Shown here: positions 25,502 through 34,002 of the stretch, piece by piece
How the letters are laid out: each line of letters opens with the position of its first letter
Numbering within the stretch: position 1 is the stretch's first letter
Source: Bacillota bacterium
Lineage (GTDB): Bacteria; Pseudomonadota; Gammaproteobacteria; Natronospirales; REEB76
Length of the DNA: 64,000 nt
Assembly: GCA_050261675.1 (NCBI GenBank)
Contig: JBLNDO010000030.1
Coordinates: 11,424-75,423 of the forward strand
Direction of reading: 5' to 3'
Position numbers and translations under genes: made by a program
Notes under the pieces: model-generated
Told to the model about the DNA's origin: nothing
The model's input: the letters and a program-made list of their open reading frames with translations, nothing else
Databases searched by the model: none

Positions 25502-27382
25502 TCATTCGTGGGAATCGCTCCCCACCACAGTATAGACCCGGATCTTGCCCTCGAAACCACGCACGGCCGCCTCACCGAGGTCACGCGTCCGGAAGCGCCC
25601 ACGCACCAGGGCTTCGGTGTCCGCGGTGAGTATGACGGGCACGTGAAATTCCTTGGTGAGGCTCTCCAGGCGCGAGGCCAGGTTCACGGCGGCGCCGATC
25701 ACGGAGTATTCGAGGCGCGTGCGTGAGCCCACGTTACCGGCAGTCACCCGGCCGCTGTGGATGCCGATGCCGATCTTAATTTCCGGGAAGCGCGCATCGC
25801 CCCGGTGCTTGCGGTTCCACTCTTCCACCCGCTCCAGCATGCGCAACGCAGTATCCAGCGCATGGGTGGCATCTTCGGCCTGGCTCGCGCTCAGCGGCAC
25901 GCCGAACAGCACCATGATGCCGTCGCCGATAAACTTGTTGAGAAAGCCGTGCTGCTCCTCGATGACGGCGCTCATCTCCGTGAGGTAGTCGTTGAGCCAG
26001 AACAGCACCTCGCCCGGCGGCTTGCCGGCCGTGATGGCGGTGAAATTGCGGATATCGGTGAACATCACCGTCGCCTCGCGCTCCTCGCCGGCGAGCGTGA
26101 TCTCCCCGCGACGCTTCCAGATCTCGGCCGCGGCCTCCGGCGAGACGTAGCGGGAGAACAGGCCCATGAGTTCGCCGCGCTCCCGCTCGGCACGGCCCTT
26201 GAGCCAGCGTTCCTCCGCGAAGCGGAAGCCGAAGCCCGCAGGCAGGCTCAAGACGAACGCGAGCTCCGCCAGCACGAAGGGCTGCCAGATGCGGCCGAAG
26301 GCATACAGGCCCCAGGCGATGGCGAAGGCCGTGAGCATGAGCAGCAACACGCCCGGCAGGCTCCAACGCGGCGGCGCCAGCACGATGAGCAACAAGGCCA
26401 GGGCGAGATAGATTCCCGCGATCACCAACGCCTCGGCCAGCGGCATCACCTGGATGGCGGAGCCGTCCAGCAGGGTCTGGATGGCCGCCGCCTGCACCAG
26501 TGTTCCGGGCATCTGATGCCGCTCTCCTTCTGCATCGCGGAAGCGGAACTGGGGCGTGAAATGCAGGTCGTTGCCGGCGGTGCTGCTCTGGCCGAGGAGC
26601 ACGATCTTGTCTGCGAACGACGCGCCCGGCACGCGGCCGGCGAGCACCTCGCCGGCGGGTATGACCTCTGGCCGGGAGGCGGGCCAGTTGATGAGCGCGG
26701 TGCGCAGGGGGCCGCCGTCGAAGACGGTGCGTGCCTTGCCGATGCATACCGCGTCTGCGCCGCAGGGCGTGGGCGGCGCCCGCAGGCGGTTCGCCGCCAC
26801 CGCCACCGGGAATGGCAGCGCGGGGTAGCCCTTGGGCGGCAAGAGGAACAGGCGGCGCACGAAGCCGTCGTCGTCCACCGGCATGTTGATGAAGCCGGCG
26901 GCGAAGGCACTGCCTTCCTTGCAGTTGGATGGATTCGCCGGATCCAGGACGCAATAGTCCGGTAGAGGCTCGTTCACCGGCATGTTGTCGGTGCCGAGCT
27001 GGGTCGTGACGATGACGTTGCCGGCCGCCGCCATGGCGGCGGCGAGGCGCTTGTCCTCTTCCGGCGCGCGCCGCTCGGAGAGCAGGAGGTCGAAGCCGAT
27101 CAGGTCCGGGCGGCCGGCCGCCACCTTCTCCACTACCTCCGCCACCACGCCGCGGGGGACGGGAAAGGCACGCAGCTGTTGGAGCAGCGCGTTGTCGAAG
27201 TCCACCACCACGATGTCCGCGCGCGGGGCGGCGCGGGACCCGGTGTGTACCAACAGGTCATAGCCGGAGGCTTCCAGGTCCCGGACGGCGGCGCTGCCGG
27301 AAAGCAGCGCGAGCAGGCCCGAGAGCAGCGGCACGGCCGCCGCCACGAACAGATACTTGAGGGAGCCCTGCTTGAGCTTCAC
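25502..27382 (-). CDS. CHASE2 sensor-domain class III adenylate/guanylate cyclase
   Basis: N-terminal TM, then a CHASE2-like ectodomain ('DIVVVDFDNALL..FPVPRGVVAEVV..PDLIGFDLLLSE'). Three TM helices and a cyclase domain follow ('ATVMFTDIRNFT', 'FLNKFIGDGIMVLFGVP', 'GAAVNLASRLES'). GTG start 27382. Confidence 0.85.
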   Translation of the reverse strand: MKLKQGSLKYLFVAAAVPLLSGLLALLSGSAAVRDLEASGYDLLVHTGSRAAPRADIVVVDFDNALLQQLRAFPVPRGVVAEVVEKVAAGRPDLIGFDLLLSERRAPEEDKRLAAAMAAAGNVIVTTQLGTDNMPVNEPLPDYCVLDPANPSNCKEGSAFAAGFINMPVDDDGFVRRLFLLPPKGYPALPFPVAVAANRLRAPPTPCGADAVCIGKARTVFDGGPLRTALINWPASRPEVIPAGEVLAGRVPGASFADKIVLLGQSSTAGNDLHFTPQFRFRDAEGERHQMPGTLVQAAAIQTLLDGSAIQVMPLAEALVIAGIYLALALLLIVLAPPRWSLPGVLLLMLTAFAIAWGLYAFGRIWQPFVLAELAFVLSLPAGFGFRFAEERWLKGRAERERGELMGLFSRYVSPEAAAEIWKRRGEITLAGEEREATVMFTDIRNFTAITAGKPPGEVLFWLNDYLTEMSAVIEEQHGFLNKFIGDGIMVLFGVPLSASQAEDATHALDTALRMLERVEEWNRKHRGDARFPEIKIGIGIHSGRVTAGNVGSRTRLEYSVIGAAVNLASRLESLTKEFHVPVILTADTEALVRGRFRTRDLGEAAVRGFEGKIRVYTVVGSDSHE

Positions 27383-27431
27383 GCCGGTACCCCATGCCGG
27401 GACGCGGCCCCATTATGCCGGGGACCGGACG

Positions 27432-27460
27432 CCTATATATAGGTATCTATATATGTATGC
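27432..27460. promoter_or_regulatory. AT-rich palindromic patch upstream of the CHASE2 operon (putative promoter/operator)
   Basis: cctatatatagg (perfect 12-bp palindrome, 27432-27443) followed by tatctatatatgtatg. This is the only AT-rich sequence in the 79-bp gap between 27382 and 27462. Confidence 0.45.
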
Positions 27461-27461
27461 G

Positions 27462-28499
27462 TTACTGGCGGTGCATCACCAATACCGCGAAGGTGCCGGG
27501 GAGCACGTCGCGCTTGGGCCGGGCCGCCTGGCCCGTGGCGCCCGCCGGGGCGGGGGTCACGTGCACCTCGGCGGTGAGCAGATAGACGTCGTGGTTGTCC
27601 GGGTTGAGCGTCATGGTGCGGGCGAACTTCTGGGTGGCGGCGTTCTCCACCACCGAATACTTGTCCGGCGCGTCCTCGTGGATCACGGTGAGGGTGCCGT
27701 CGCCGCCGTTGGAGCTGAACGCGTACCCGGTGCCGGGATCGAAGCCAGCGCCGTCCACGCCCTCCCCGATGGGCAGCGTGGCGACCACTTTGCCCGTCTC
27801 CGCGTCGCTCACCGCCATGAGCTTGTTGTGGCAGCCCGAGAAGACGCGGTGGTGGTTGGCGTCGAGCCCGATGCCGGAGGGTCCGTCACAGGGGGCGATG
27901 GACCAGGTCTTGATGACCTTGGCGCTGCGGGCGTCGATGAGGCTGACCTCGCTCTTGTCCTCGATGTTGACGTACACGCGGCCTTCTCCGTCCGCCACCG
28001 CGAACTCGGGGTTGCCGTCGAAGGGGATGGTGGCCGTCACCTTGTCGTTCGTCGCGTCGATGACCGTCGCGTCGTTGCTGTGGCCGTCGAAAGCGAACAC
28101 GCGCTTGGTGGCGGGTTCGTAGACGATGGCGTCCGGATTCTGGCCCGAAACGTTGATCCTGGTGAGGGACTTCAGGGTCTTGAGGTCGAACACCGTGACG
28201 GTGTTGTCCTTGCCGTTGCTGGTATAGCCCTTGCCGAGCTCGGGGGCCAGGGCGATGTCGTGCACGCCGGCGGTGTCGGGGATCTCGCCCAGGAGTGCGC
28301 CCTTCTCCACGTCCATCACCATCACCCGGGTGGCGCGGGAGATGAACAGGCGCTTGCCGGCGGGATCATAGGTGAGCGCATCCCAGCCGCCGTCGCCGCC
28401 CAGCACGAACTTGTGGGCGAGCTGGTAGTGGGGGGCGGGATCGGCGGATACGATGGAAGAAGAGCAGAGAAAAAGACAGGCGACCAGAGCGATGCGCAT
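27462..28499 (-). CDS. secreted YncE/YVTN-type beta-propeller repeat protein
   Basis: Signal 'MRIALVACLFLCSSSIVSA|D'. Repeated '..G..P.GIA.D....RVYV.N...N.V.VID..T.KV' type blades. Confidence 0.65.
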   Translation of the reverse strand: MRIALVACLFLCSSSIVSADPAPHYQLAHKFVLGGDGGWDALTYDPAGKRLFISRATRVMVMDVEKGALLGEIPDTAGVHDIALAPELGKGYTSNGKDNTVTVFDLKTLKSLTRINVSGQNPDAIVYEPATKRVFAFDGHSNDATVIDATNDKVTATIPFDGNPEFAVADGEGRVYVNIEDKSEVSLIDARSAKVIKTWSIAPCDGPSGIGLDANHHRVFSGCHNKLMAVSDAETGKVVATLPIGEGVDGAGFDPGTGYAFSSNGGDGTLTVIHEDAPDKYSVVENAATQKFARTMTLNPDNHDVYLLTAEVHVTPAPAGATGQAARPKRDVLPGTFAVLVMHRQ

Positions 28500-28570
28500 G
28501 GGAGCCTCTTAATGCAGAGGTGAATTCAAAGCCTAGGACTATACTGCACCGTGGACATCGCAAGTACGAC

Positions 28571-29485
28571 ATGAACCAAGCTACTTCCACCTCCGTCTTC
28601 GAGACCCTGCCCGACCACAGCGCCAATATCGGCGGTGGCATGGACGTGCGGCGCGCCCTGCCCCATCGGCTGAAAAGGCGTGTGGGAGCCTGGTGTTTCC
28701 TGGACCATTACGGCCCCGTGACCCTCGGGTCAGACGATGTCGGCATGCGCATCGGCCCCCACCCGCACATGGGCCTGCAGACCGTGAGCTGGCTGTTCGA
28801 GGGCGAGGTGCTGCACCGGGACAGCCTGGGCTCCGTGCAATCCATCCGCCCCGGCCAGCTCAACCTCATGACCGCGGGCCGGGGAATCTCCCATTCCGAG
28901 GAAACGCCCGCGGCTCATCCGCCCGGCATCCACGGTCTGCAGTTCTGGATCGCGTTGCCGGAAATCCGCCGCCACGGCGAGGCGGCCTTCGACCATCACC
29001 CCAGGCTGCCCGCGGTCTCGCGGGAGGGCTACGAGGCCACGCTCATCGTGGGCGAAGGCCTCAAGGAGCGCTCCCCGGCGAGGGTCTACACGCCGCTCGT
29101 GGGCCTCGATCTCCGGTTCACCGACACGGGCGAGCGAAAAATCCCGCTCGATCCGCGATTCGAGCACGCCCTAATCATCATCGAAGGTGAACTCGCCCAC
29201 GGCGAAAATACCCTGGTCCCCGGGAACCTCTATTACTTCGGCCGCGGCCGCGAGGCAGTCGCACTCGGCAACCACGCCCCCGCCCGGGCATTCCTGCTGG
29301 GAGGCGAACCCCTGGAGGAGGATGTGCTCCTGTGGTGGAACTTCGTGGGGAGAAGCAACGAGGAGATGCGGGAAGCCCGCGCCGAATGGAAAACACGGGC
29401 TGCGCGTTTCGGCGAGGTGAAAGGCTACGACGGGGCGAGGCTTACGGCCCCGGAATTCAGCGGCCGTCTCAAGACGTCTCCCTAA
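28571..29485 (+). CDS. pirin family protein
   Basis: ATG 28571. 'FLDHYGP', 'GPHPHMGLQTVSWLFEGEVLHRDSLGS' and 'MTAGRGISHSE' are cupin/pirin motifs. Confidence 0.85.
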   Translation: MNQATSTSVFETLPDHSANIGGGMDVRRALPHRLKRRVGAWCFLDHYGPVTLGSDDVGMRIGPHPHMGLQTVSWLFEGEVLHRDSLGSVQSIRPGQLNLMTAGRGISHSEETPAAHPPGIHGLQFWIALPEIRRHGEAAFDHHPRLPAVSREGYEATLIVGEGLKERSPARVYTPLVGLDLRFTDTGERKIPLDPRFEHALIIIEGELAHGENTLVPGNLYYFGRGREAVALGNHAPARAFLLGGEPLEEDVLLWWNFVGRSNEEMREARAEWKTRAARFGEVKGYDGARLTAPEFSGRLKTSP

Positions 29486-29642
29486 GCCCTTGGCCCGGCT
29501 CCAGTCCGGGCACCCGGGCCCGGGGCACTGGTATAGCCTAAAACCGGGTTTATGCCCGGTTCTGGATATTCGTCTTCCAAGGGCATATATTTTCGTGGCT
29601 TGGGATTTATATCGAATAAATGACTGATTTTGGGGGTTTCCG

Positions 29643-30164
29643 ATGAATTTCGACAAGATCGACCTGCAGATCCTGCGGGAGCTGCGACAGAACGCGCGCA
29701 TACCCAATAAAGTGCTGGCCGGCCGGGTCGGCATCGCGCCATCCACCTGCATCGCCCGCGTCCGGCGCCTGGTGGACGGGGGCGCCATCTCCGGCTTCTA
29801 CGCCGAGTTCAACCCGAAGGGCGTGGGCGTGAGTGCCCAGGCCATGATCTGCCTGCGCATGGTGCGCCACGACCGTGACCTCATCGATTCCTTCCGCGCC
29901 CACTGCCTGGCGCGCGACGAGGTGGTGTGTTTCTACCACGTCTCCGGGGACGACGACTTCATGCTGCACGTGGCCGTGCGCGACGTGGACCATCTGCGGG
30001 AATTCATCATCAACAACCTCTCGGTGCGGCCCGAGATCGTGCACATCGAGACGCGGCTCATCTTCGAGGAACGGCGCAACCCGGGCTTCCCGGTGTATGT
30101 GCCGGCTCCGGCGGAAGCCGAGCCCGCCGAGGGCTCCCGCTACTTCAAGATGGCCGTTGGATGA
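29643..30164 (+). CDS. Lrp/AsnC family transcriptional regulator
   Basis: 'DKIDLQILRELRQNARIPNKVLAGRVGIAPSTCIARVRRL' HTH plus a RAM/AsnC_trans_reg domain. An AT-rich leader lies upstream. Confidence 0.85.
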   Translation: MNFDKIDLQILRELRQNARIPNKVLAGRVGIAPSTCIARVRRLVDGGAISGFYAEFNPKGVGVSAQAMICLRMVRHDRDLIDSFRAHCLARDEVVCFYHVSGDDDFMLHVAVRDVDHLREFIINNLSVRPEIVHIETRLIFEERRNPGFPVYVPAPAEAEPAEGSRYFKMAVG

Positions 30165-30624
30165 GCTCGGTCTTGACGATGGCGTACTGAATCTCGTCGA
30201 GGCGGAAGAACGCCGGTTCGCCGGCGCCATCCGAGAGCATGATGCAGCCCGGGACTTCCTCGCCGTAGCGGGTGTCGGCCAGGCCGTGGAACATGTCGTC
30301 CAGCGGGCCGCGGCCGGTGTAATCCAGTTCCAACGGCTTCTTGGCGCCCTTCAGATAGAACGCCACGCCATGCCTGAGCGCGGGCGGCTTCCAGTCGTCT
30401 CCGTTGGGCTTCGAGGTGAGCTGCACGGTCTGCAGTTCGTGCACAGAGATGAGCGCGCTCAAGCTTTCGCTGATGGCGAAAAGATAGAACGCCTGGATCT
30501 CCTTGCCGCCTGCCGAGAGCGCCTTGACCCCGCCAACAATGAGGTCCGCGTCCACCTTGCCGATGGCAAAGTGGAGGACCTCGTCGCGCCCGTAGAACGT
30601 GAGCCGCAGATACTGCTTGGCCAT
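30145..30624 (-). CDS. hypothetical protein
   Basis: 159-aa ORF with normal composition. It converges on the Lrp gene with a 20-nt overlap. No family recognised. Confidence 0.5.
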   Translation of the reverse strand: MAKQYLRLTFYGRDEVLHFAIGKVDADLIVGGVKALSAGGKEIQAFYLFAISESLSALISVHELQTVQLTSKPNGDDWKPPALRHGVAFYLKGAKKPLELDYTGRGPLDDMFHGLADTRYGEEVPGCIMLSDGAGEPAFFRLDEIQYAIVKTELIQRPS

Positions 30625-30788
30625 CGCCGCACCTCTTCACTCGTTGAGTAACAGGCCGTCCATGGCTCGAGTGAATTTAACATATCCGGCTGCGATGTCA
30701 CCGCAGTACTTGGCTATTTTTTGACCTGCCGTTTAGAACCTGGGAGATAGCGAATTTTAGCGTCACATTGGCCGCTTTAGCCCTTGTC

Positions 30789-31442
30789 TCAAGCGGCCTT
30801 GGCCCAGAGCTCCACACCCTCTTCGCGGAGCACCTTCTGCACGGCCGGCCGGGCTTCGACGCGCTCTGCATGGGCCGCCCAATGGGGATAGCTGTCCCGC
30901 ATGGACAGGCCGATGCGCCCGCCCCAGGCGAAGAACACCAGCAGGTAAGGGTCCACCACCGTATACGCATTGCCCACCGACCAACCGCGCCCCGTGAGAC
31001 GCTGCTCGATCATGGCGAAGTTCTCCAGGATGTTGGCCCGGCCCTTCTGCTTCACCCGTGGGAACAGCTCTTCCTCCGCCACGAAGCGCTGCGGTCGCCA
31101 GTACTGCCCGAATGCCATGGCGTGCACCGTGCCCGAAAGCCAGTTGAACCACTCGAAGCAGCGCGTGGCCGCGAGCCTCCCGTGGGGAAAGAGTGCGGGC
31201 GACGTGGAAAGCTGCGCGACATACCAGGAAATGGCGGGCAACTCCGTGAGGATCTCCCCCTCCTCCGTTCGCAGCACCGGCACCCGTCCCTTGGGATTGA
31301 TAGCGAGATACTCGGGACTGCGGGTTTTCCCTTTCGCGATGGAGACGAGCTCCAGCTCGTAGGGTGCATTCACCTCTTCCAGCAATATATGCACCGCCAG
31401 GGAGCAGGCGCGAGGGGAGTAATAGAGCTTCAGCATGGCCAT
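30789..31442 (-). CDS. glutathione S-transferase
   Basis: 'MLKLYYSPRACSLAVHILLEE', 'INPKGRVPVL' and 'LTELPAISWY' form a GST N-terminal thioredoxin-like fold, followed by a helical C-domain. GGAGA RBS sits 2 nt after the upstream stop. Confidence 0.8.
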   Translation of the reverse strand: MAMLKLYYSPRACSLAVHILLEEVNAPYELELVSIAKGKTRSPEYLAINPKGRVPVLRTEEGEILTELPAISWYVAQLSTSPALFPHGRLAATRCFEWFNWLSGTVHAMAFGQYWRPQRFVAEEELFPRVKQKGRANILENFAMIEQRLTGRGWSVGNAYTVVDPYLLVFFAWGGRIGLSMRDSYPHWAAHAERVEARPAVQKVLREEGVELWAKAA

Positions 31443-31449
31443 TCTCCGT

Positions 31450-32337
31450 TCACTTCTTCACCCGGACATTCACCAAGATAACGCTCCCGATCACGATGGC
31501 GCCGCCCAGGAGCGCCTGAGCCGCGGGCTGCTCGTCCAGGAGCAACCAGGACATGAGGGTGGCGATGGGGGCGATGAGATAGAGCGCCGCAGAAGCGCGG
31601 CCTGCCGGCAGGCGCGACAAGGCATAGGCCCAGGTGAGGTTGCCGATGGCCGCCGGGAAAAGCCCGAGATAGACACCCGAGGCCAGGGCTTTCAGGGAAA
31701 TATGCCCGAGGTCGGCGGCCAAGGCGGGCCCGTAGGCGAAAAGGCTCACGGCACCCGCCACGCCCACCCAGGTGGTGACGATATAAGGCCCGAGCCTCGC
31801 CAGCAAGGGTTTCTGGATGATGAAGCTCAGGGATTGGGCGCTTGCCGCCACCAGCACGAACAAGCCCCCGAGTTCCAGGTGCGCGCCGCCGTGACGGCCG
31901 GTGATCAGGAGTGCCGCCCCCGCGAAACCGAGGAGCACGCCGATCCAGCCGCGCAGACCCAGGTGTTCCTGCAACAACCGGCGCGCCAAGAGGGCCGTGA
32001 TGATGGGGGAGGTATTGATGATGAGGCTCGCCGTACCGGCATCCACGCTCTCCTCGCCGGTGATGAGCGAGAGCTGGTAGAGGGCGATGCCGATCACGCC
32101 AGCCGCGATGAGCGGCAGGAGGTCGGCGCGGCGCAGGCGGCGGAAGGCGTCGCGCTGCCAGACGAGCGCTCCCCCCAGCATGGCGAGCGCCGTGACGCTG
32201 TTGCGGAAGAACGCCAGGGCCCCCGGATCGAACTCCCGGACCGCCACGCGGATGGCAGTGAAGGCCGAGGCCCAGAGCAGCAGGGTGATGCCGAGGGCCA
32301 GGACCACGCCCCAGGCGATGCGGCGCACCGCAGGCAT
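31450..32337 (-). CDS. DMT superfamily (EamA-type) transporter
   Basis: ATG 32337 lies within the fused ORF 31450..33627. The product is 295 aa with about 10 TM helices and two EamA-like halves. Confidence 0.75.
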   Translation of the reverse strand: MPAVRRIAWGVVLALGITLLLWASAFTAIRVAVREFDPGALAFFRNSVTALAMLGGALVWQRDAFRRLRRADLLPLIAAGVIGIALYQLSLITGEESVDAGTASLIINTSPIITALLARRLLQEHLGLRGWIGVLLGFAGAALLITGRHGGAHLELGGLFVLVAASAQSLSFIIQKPLLARLGPYIVTTWVGVAGAVSLFAYGPALAADLGHISLKALASGVYLGLFPAAIGNLTWAYALSRLPAGRASAALYLIAPIATLMSWLLLDEQPAAQALLGGAIVIGSVILVNVRVKK

Positions 32338-32435
32338 CGCCCTCTCCACCGCCGGCAAGGGAATGGGTACGCCCCGCGCCGCGTTAACCGCCGCATCAAG
32401 GCTGACGGCGGCGCAGCTCTCGTCGCAACGCTCGT

Positions 32436-33890
32436 TCACTTGGAGAACTCCCGGCCCAGATCCCGCACGGCCGTGACCAGGGCGTCGAAATCTTCGCGTC
32501 GACTGCGGTGGTTGGTGATGGCCACGCGGATCGCGAAGCGGCCCTGCAGCACCGTGGACGAGGGCACGGCGATGCCCCGCTCCTGGAGAGCGATGAGGAT
32601 GCGGGCATTGAGCTCGTCCAACACCTCCCCGTCCGGGCCCTTGCCCCGGTAACGGAGATTCACCACATTCATGGGTACGGGAGCGAGCAGCTCGAGCTCC
32701 GCCTCCCGCTTCACCCGCTCCTCGAGATAACGTGCCTGATCCAGGTTCTGGGCGATCTGACGCGCGAAAGCCTTCAGGCCATAAGCCTTCAAGCTCATCC
32801 AGACCTTGAGGGCCCGGAATCCGCGGGATAGCTGCGGTTCGTAGTCCGTGAACAGCCCCGGACCGGGGGCGGCCACGCCGCCCGAGAGCTTGTTGAGGTA
32901 GCTCGCCTGCACCGAAAACGCGGCCTTGTGTTTCTCGCGGTCGCGGATCAGCACGCAGCCCACGTCGTAGGGAAGGTGCATCCATTTGTGCAGGTCGAAG
33001 GCGAGGGAATCGGCCCGTTCCATCCCCTTCAATCGCCCGCGGGTCGCCGGGTCCAGCACTGTCAGGGCGCCGAAGGCCCCGTCGACGTGCAGCCACAGAC
33101 CCTCGGCCTGGCAGAGATCCGCGAGCGCGTCCAGGGGATCCACGGCGCCGGTGTTGACGGTGCCAGCGTTGCCGACGACGCAGAACGGGCGAAGCCCGGC
33201 CTGGCGGTCCGCCGCGATGCGCTGCCGCAGCTGGACGACGTCGACGGTGTAGTCGTCTTGCACGGGGATCTTCGCCAGTGCCGCGGCTCCGAGCCCCATG
33301 AGCTCGAGCGCCTTCGGCACCGAACTGTGGGTCTCGCTGGAGGCGTAGACCCTGAGTTGGGGATGGCGGGCGTGCCCCTCGGCGCGCACCGGAAAGCCCG
33401 CGTGCGCGGCACGCGCCACGTTGATCCCGACCAGGTTCGCCATGGAGCCGCCGGTCACGAGCACACCGCTCGCCTCCTTGGGGTAGCCCATGATCTCCTT
33501 GAACCATTCCACCACCTGCAGCTCCACGTAGGTGGAGCTCTGGTCGAAGCCGCCGGCGTTCGTGTTCATGGTGGCGGCGAGCATCTCCGCCACCATGCCG
33601 AGCGGCGTGCCGCCGCCCATCACCCATCCCCAGAAGCGCGGATGGATGTTGCCCACGGGGTAGGGCTGCACCAACTCCCGGTAGTCCGCGTAAGCCTTCT
33701 CGACCCCTTCCCCCTCCCGGGGCAGCGGCGCGGCAATCTTGTGGCGCACCTGCTCCGGAACCGGCTTCCAGGCTGGGCGCTCACGCACGCCCCTGAGGTA
33801 GTCCAGGGAGTCGTCCAAGGCTTGGTGGGCGAAGCGCCGGAACGCCTCCCAATCCTTCGGATCCAGGCTTTCTTCGAGGGAAGTTTTCAT
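32436..33890 (-). CDS. group II PLP-dependent amino-acid decarboxylase
   Basis: 'GGSMANLVG', 'WLHVDGAFGA' and 'DSLAFDLHKWMHLPYDVG' (PLP-Lys). The substrate cannot be assigned from sequence alone. Confidence 0.8.
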   Translation of the reverse strand: MKTSLEESLDPKDWEAFRRFAHQALDDSLDYLRGVRERPAWKPVPEQVRHKIAAPLPREGEGVEKAYADYRELVQPYPVGNIHPRFWGWVMGGGTPLGMVAEMLAATMNTNAGGFDQSSTYVELQVVEWFKEIMGYPKEASGVLVTGGSMANLVGINVARAAHAGFPVRAEGHARHPQLRVYASSETHSSVPKALELMGLGAAALAKIPVQDDYTVDVVQLRQRIAADRQAGLRPFCVVGNAGTVNTGAVDPLDALADLCQAEGLWLHVDGAFGALTVLDPATRGRLKGMERADSLAFDLHKWMHLPYDVGCVLIRDREKHKAAFSVQASYLNKLSGGVAAPGPGLFTDYEPQLSRGFRALKVWMSLKAYGLKAFARQIAQNLDQARYLEERVKREAELELLAPVPMNVVNLRYRGKGPDGEVLDELNARILIALQERGIAVPSSTVLQGRFAIRVAITNHRSRREDFDALVTAVRDLGREFSK

Positions 33891-34002
33891 GGGTTTGTAC
33901 TGTCAATAATTTTCACAGGCGGTTATTCTAGGTTGCGGGCCGCATGCGGAACAAACGATGTTTTTGCACGTTGAGCTGTGCAATATAGTCACAAGGTGAA
34001 AT

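Noticed and set aside
27462-28499. Including the YncE-like beta-propeller gene as a fifth member of the CHASE2/CHAT operon.
   Set aside because: It is co-directional and periplasmic, but separated by a 79-bp AT-rich gap that looks like an independent promoter. Its membership is left open.
31450-33627. 725-aa ORF fusing the DMT transporter with an upstream frame through the decarboxylase gene. Similar 5' extensions occur in ORFs 9823..11361, 10485..11993, 36168..39320 and 61523..62401.
   Set aside because: The upstream parts are Arg/Pro/Gly-rich and overlap genuine genes in another frame. Internal starts with an RBS or signal peptide give products of family-typical length.
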